The position numbers and the translations under genes are program-made. The notes beneath the pieces are model-generated. The model did not search any database, was not told where the DNA came from, and was given only the letters and a program-made list of their open reading frames with translations. Positions 32,220 to 33,852 of a stretch of DNA of 33,852 bases are shown one piece after another; positions within the stretch are counted from its first letter, which is position 1; the number at the start of each line of letters is the position of its first letter. The stretch is taken from positions 1-33,852 of the forward strand of contig JAXGPF010000020.1 in NCBI GenBank assembly GCA_040767085.1. The letters are read 5' to 3'. Source of the DNA: Kiritimatiellia bacterium (GTDB lineage Bacteria > Verrucomicrobiota > Kiritimatiellia > JAAZAB01).

Positions 32220-33443
32220 TTATGGCGGCGCCGCGCCGGCCATGCTTGCACGCATTTTGTTTAACACAATCAGAATATGCAGCAGATACAAAAGAACGCC
32301 GCCATCGGCCGCCAGGATCACGCCGATAATCAACCCTGGAATCAGCCCGGGGAGGAGCATTGATGCGCCGAACATGATTGTCAGCAGACTCATCGTCAGC
32401 TGCGCGCGGAAGAGTCGCTTGAGCGCCGGGGGCGCATCCCCGGGCGGCGCCGCCGCTTGCCGCCGGGGCGGCTGGCGGATTTTCACCAGGGCGGCGGCGC
32501 CGCCGAGGATGTTGAGCGCCCCAACCAGCAGCGTCAACTCCGGCGCCAGGATTCCCGGGATAATGCAGGAGACAATGCCCAACGCCGCGCACAAGAGCCC
32601 GAGGACGATCATCAGGCCTGTGCGGGGATACGGACCGAGCGGCGTGTTGCCCGTGGCAAGCATCTGAACCGCGAATATGACCATCAGCAGCCCAAGCTGC
32701 GCGCTTCCCGAAAAAGGCAACCAGCCCAGGCTAACCGGCACCAGCAGCAATCCGAGGAGCAGCATGAAGACGCCCATCAGCAGAATCAGGCTTTGATCCA
32801 GGTCCAGCCCGGCATCGTTTGCCGGACGGTTCCCCGGCGGTGGATACAATTTGTAGATTTTACGGAGCACGCCGGCAAGATAGACAATCGCCGCCCCATA
32901 AACCAGAACCGCCGCCGCTATTACGGGCGTGGCGGACAGGCAACCCCGCCAAACCAGGCCTGCCAGCAGGATCGAGCACAAATAGGACCAAGCACATCCC
33001 GCAATCAGGTGATGGAAAATCCCGCCGTACTTAAACCAGGCGCGGAACTTGTCCCGGGCCAGGCACATCCGCGCCAGCAGCAAGAGGCCGCCCGGGCCGA
33101 AACACAGAAACAGCAGGATGCGGGGAATCTGTTTGAACACCGGGATGAAACAGGCCGTCATGCCAATGGCCGCAATCAATACCCCGGCGGCAACCAGCGA
33201 TTTTGACCGCCGCATATCGCCAAAAGGTGTTTTACCCAAGGTGATCGCCTGCAGGGCAAAAAAGACCAGCAGCAATCCATGCAATCCGTTTTCATTGAAT
33301 GGGAGCCAGCCGCCAGACACCGGGAAAAGCAGAACCCCGGTAATCAGCAGGGCCATCCCGCCGAGCAGCAGGATCACCACCTCAAGCGGCATATCCGCCG
33401 GCTGCACCAGCCAGGATCCTGGTGTGTTTCGCTTGGTTCGCAT
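32220..33443 (-). CDS. Polytopic membrane protein with internal duplication
   Basis: About 12 hydrophobic segments; halves share PVSxGWLPF, GLLxVxFAxQ, GxTPxG, CxIP. Confidence 0.85.
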   Translation of the reverse strand: MRTKRNTPGSWLVQPADMPLEVVILLLGGMALLITGVLLFPVSGGWLPFNENGLHGLLLVFFALQAITLGKTPFGDMRRSKSLVAAGVLIAAIGMTACFIPVFKQIPRILLFLCFGPGGLLLLARMCLARDKFRAWFKYGGIFHHLIAGCAWSYLCSILLAGLVWRGCLSATPVIAAAVLVYGAAIVYLAGVLRKIYKLYPPPGNRPANDAGLDLDQSLILLMGVFMLLLGLLLVPVSLGWLPFSGSAQLGLLMVIFAVQMLATGNTPLGPYPRTGLMIVLGLLCAALGIVSCIIPGILAPELTLLVGALNILGGAAALVKIRQPPRRQAAAPPGDAPPALKRLFRAQLTMSLLTIMFGASMLLPGLIPGLIIGVILAADGGVLLYLLHILIVLNKMRASMAGAAPP

Positions 33444-33494
33444 ACGCCGTTACGTCAAGGATTGGCTATGGGGAATACTGGCCATGGGAGAATG

Positions 33495-33852
33495 TTATTC
33501 GTGGAAGTAAGCCCATTTTCCCAGCCGCTCGTAACCGGAGGCGTCCGGATAATTCTGCTTCGGGTAGTAGTATAACTCATCGAAGCCCATCCCGTATCCG
33601 ACATGCATCTTGATGATCCATGGGTTTCCTTCATTCAACTCCGCCTGATGTCCGACAATGTACGTGTAGTTCGTATAGTTACCCATTCCTGTCGCGGGAA
33701 TCGCAGGGATGTACGCCGGCACAAGCAGGGCCAGTTCTGCGGGATAAGTACCATTATCGCGGTGGTAGGCTTCGATCGCGTTGACCAGCGGCATGAGGCG
33801 CGCGCCAAGAGCATGGAATGCTTCCTTGCGCGGCGATCCGAACACGAGTTGT
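33495..33852 (-). CDS. Hypothetical protein with pilin/GspG-like helix (5' end beyond window)
   Basis: Frame open to the window edge; LVNAIEAYHRDNGTYPAELALLVPAYI resembles the GspG-type AIxxYxxDxGxYP motif. Confidence 0.65.
   Translation of the reverse strand, partial: QLVFGSPRKEAFHALGARLMPLVNAIEAYHRDNGTYPAELALLVPAYIPAIPATGMGNYTNYTYIVGHQAELNEGNPWIIKMHVGYGMGFDELYYYPKQNYPDASGYERLGKWAYFHE

Overview
GC-rich bacterial chromosomal window. Gene content and protein style suggest the PVC superphylum, probably Kiritimatiellota/Lentisphaerota-like (inference). The left 18 kb is mostly housekeeping and carbohydrate genes: a LacI - M24-fold protein - GH51 operon running off the left edge, pdxJ, rpmE-prfA-prmC, HTH-PTS IIA, an FmdB-type zinc ribbon, a GH2 beta-galactosidase, rpe-lepA-lepB, a DUF164 zinc-ribbon gene, the RNase P RNA (apparently lacking P18), an orphan gspC-like gene and a 47-aa Cys-rich ORF absent from the ORF track. 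After an M20 hydrolase, everything from 19.3 kb to the right edge is on the minus strand. The best candidate for an undescribed system is a three-gene unit at 19317-23751. It encodes a MotA/ExbB/ZorA-type ion-channel subunit with a long cytoplasmic coiled-coil tail, a single-pass partner with a MotB/ExbD-type Asp but no recognisable OmpA domain, and a 782-aa exported helical protein. No flagellar, TonB, Tol or Zorya effector genes lie beside it. Upstream are a 2407-aa multidomain S8 protease with a distinctive C-terminal domain, an SDR, an internally duplicated membrane protein and a partial pilin-like gene. A REP-like inverted pair carrying nested mini-hairpins lies at 11662-11809. No tRNA, rRNA, CRISPR array or transposase was recognised. 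All calls are by-eye motif recognition; no database searches were run.
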